Shown: positions 62,528-64,000 of the stretch, in pieces
How positions within the stretch are numbered: the stretch's first letter is position 1
Layout: each line of letters starts with the position of its first letter
Origin: Promethearchaeota archaeon
GTDB lineage: Archaea; Asgardarchaeota; Lokiarchaeia; Sigyniarchaeales; SOKP01
Assembly (NCBI GenBank): GCA_016840085.1
Contig: JAEOTA010000086.1
Location: 32,001 to 96,000 of the forward strand
DNA: 64,000 bases
Direction: 5' to 3'
The notes under the pieces: generated by a model
The model's database searches: none
Told to the model about the DNA's origin: nothing
What the model saw: the letters and a program-made list of their open reading frames with translations, nothing else
Position numbers and translations under genes: made by a program

Positions 62528-63421
62528 ATGACGGATAAAGAAATAGCTAATTTAGATTTGGAAAGTGAAAAAGTTAAAAACTTAATGAAAGAATACCAAG
62601 AAGTGACTGATAAATATGCTATATGGCGTGGCACTATTACAGAAGGATTTAAAAAGTGGTTGAAGGGAGAAAAAATTTATGACAGAGATAAAGAACGTAT
62701 CTCATTATATGTATCAGATAAAACAAAATCTGATTGGCAAAAATTTAAAGAAACACATGAATATTCTACAATTTCTGCATTAATTAGAGACAGTGTTGAT
62801 TACTACATTGAACAAAAATCTGATATACTGGGAGGAGGTTTAAATAATATTGATGAAAAAACCATCTCAACTATTTCTCATGCACTAAAGGAACCATTAA
62901 CGAGTATAAAAGGTTTTAGCCAACTCCTTTTAGAAAATTATAAAGAAGACTTAGATGAGGAAGTATTATCCACAATAAAAAACATCTTCGACCAAAGTTT
63001 ACTTCTTGAAAATAAGATTATCAACATTTTGGATAATATTAAGGTAGAGGAAACTGAACCCCAATATGATATTCTCCTGATTGAAGATGATCTTGCGACC
63101 ATAAGGTTATTGACTAGCTACTTCGAAAGTAAAGGATATAAATGTAAGGGTGTAGTTAGTGGGACAAGGGGATTAGAGGAATTGCGTGGTGGGCTTCCTA
63201 AATTGATATTACTTGACATCATCTTACCAGACATTTCGGGGTATGAGATCTGCAAAATGATTAAAGATCATAAGACATATAAATCTGTACCTATTTACTT
63301 ATTAACAGCTATTCCTGGTTCTGAAGTTGAAAAGAAAATGGGGGAAACTAAAGCAGATGGATTTATTTTGAAACCATTTGACTTTTCAGATTTCGAAATA
63401 GTGTTTCAATATTTGAACTAA
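62528..63421 (+). CDS. RHH + HisKA-like + receiver domain protein, paralog of 61336-62175 (possible ATT start at 62456)
   Basis: Same architecture with long near-identical peptide blocks. Confidence 0.85.
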   Translation: MTDKEIANLDLESEKVKNLMKEYQEVTDKYAIWRGTITEGFKKWLKGEKIYDRDKERISLYVSDKTKSDWQKFKETHEYSTISALIRDSVDYYIEQKSDILGGGLNNIDEKTISTISHALKEPLTSIKGFSQLLLENYKEDLDEEVLSTIKNIFDQSLLLENKIINILDNIKVEETEPQYDILLIEDDLATIRLLTSYFESKGYKCKGVVSGTRGLEELRGGLPKLILLDIILPDISGYEICKMIKDHKTYKSVPIYLLTAIPGSEVEKKMGETKADGFILKPFDFSDFEIVFQYLN

Positions 63422-63627
63422 TATTAAGATTAGTAAAGGATTTAGTTTAAATAATACCAAATTGATTATCTGATTCATTTTATTTCTCTTTAGCTAATTA
63501 TTATTGTTTTAATATTGAGAAGCACTTTTAATTTCAATTAAAATTTTTGTATTAAATGCAAATAACATCAATAAAATCATGTTGATTTATAGATCCATTC
63601 CTAATAGAAGTGATTTATTTACAGTTA

Positions 63628-64000
63628 CTAAGACGATTTAACTAACTTTATAAGATAAAAGAGATGTCCAGTTGACTCATCATTACTAATAATAGTGGCA
63701 CGAAAACCGTATTTAAAGGCAATTTTTTTAAAATATTGGGCGTTTAAGAAAAGAAGTTTAAACGGAATCCCAATTTGACCTTTATATTGAGGAATATATA
63801 CTACAAACCAGTATTTTAAGGTACGAATATGTCGTATAATTGTTAATACCTGACCGTCGTGATTAAGTAAGCTGTATAGTCGCTTCAACATTATTTTTAA
63901 TCTATATCGTGTTCCTGAGAGTGCAATATCGTTTCCAATGAGTGTAATAGTGTCGAAAGTGTTGTTGAATTTGTATGTAAAAAAATCACCTATAACACAA
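63628..64000 (-). CDS. Class I SAM-dependent methyltransferase (C-terminal part, runs off window edge)
   Basis: Frame open to the edge: CVIGDFFTYKFNNTFDTITLIGNDIALSG...LYSLLNHDGQVL. Confidence 0.75.
   Translation of the reverse strand, partial: CVIGDFFTYKFNNTFDTITLIGNDIALSGTRYRLKIMLKRLYSLLNHDGQVLTIIRHIRTLKYWFVVYIPQYKGQIGIPFKLLFLNAQYFKKIAFKYGFRATIISNDESTGHLFYLIKLVKSS

Noticed and set aside
1894-62634. Short antisense ORFs in the track (e.g. 1894, 2611, 4021, 4850, 11640, 17042, 32762, 37382, 45826, 47504, 54454, 56182, 60245, 62413)
   Set aside because: They overlap well-supported genes on the opposite strand and show no motifs; shadow ORFs
1-64000. CRISPR arrays, transposases, integrases, rRNA genes, inteins
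   Set aside because: None recognisable; DP2, RtcB and Cdc6 have intein-free lengths and motifs

Overview
AT-rich archaeal chromosome segment, almost certainly Asgard and Lokiarchaeia-like. The archaeal core is cbf5, PolD DP1/DP2, cdc6, carS, rtcB/archease, pelota, elf1, mat, rnhB, fibrillarin/nop5, pyrD/pyrK, elp3, gatDE, rpl2 and tfb. It is interleaved with eukaryote-signature-type genes (Rab-like GTPase fusions, a longin-like protein). Three tRNA genes all carry introns at non-canonical positions. Highlights: (1) rnhB is interrupted inside its catalytic GIDEAGR-GS motif by a 30-nt stop-containing hairpin with bulge-helix-bulge geometry, a candidate pre-mRNA intron. (2) An 8-gene operon (27926-36834) encodes a degenerate SMC/Rad50-like protein, KITE-like and kleisin-like winged-helix proteins, a Zn-ribbon/PC4-like protein and an AAA+ ATPase. 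(3) Candidate actin/membrane-remodelling genes: an unannotated 51-aa WH2-like peptide, a BAR-like protein and a polyproline protein. (4) Tandem AN1-Zn-finger membrane (pseudo)proteases. (5) A duplicated pyrK 3' end brackets a GTPase-wHTH gene. (6) Several genes apparently start at ATT/ATA/GTA. All family calls are from motif recognition by eye; no searches were run.
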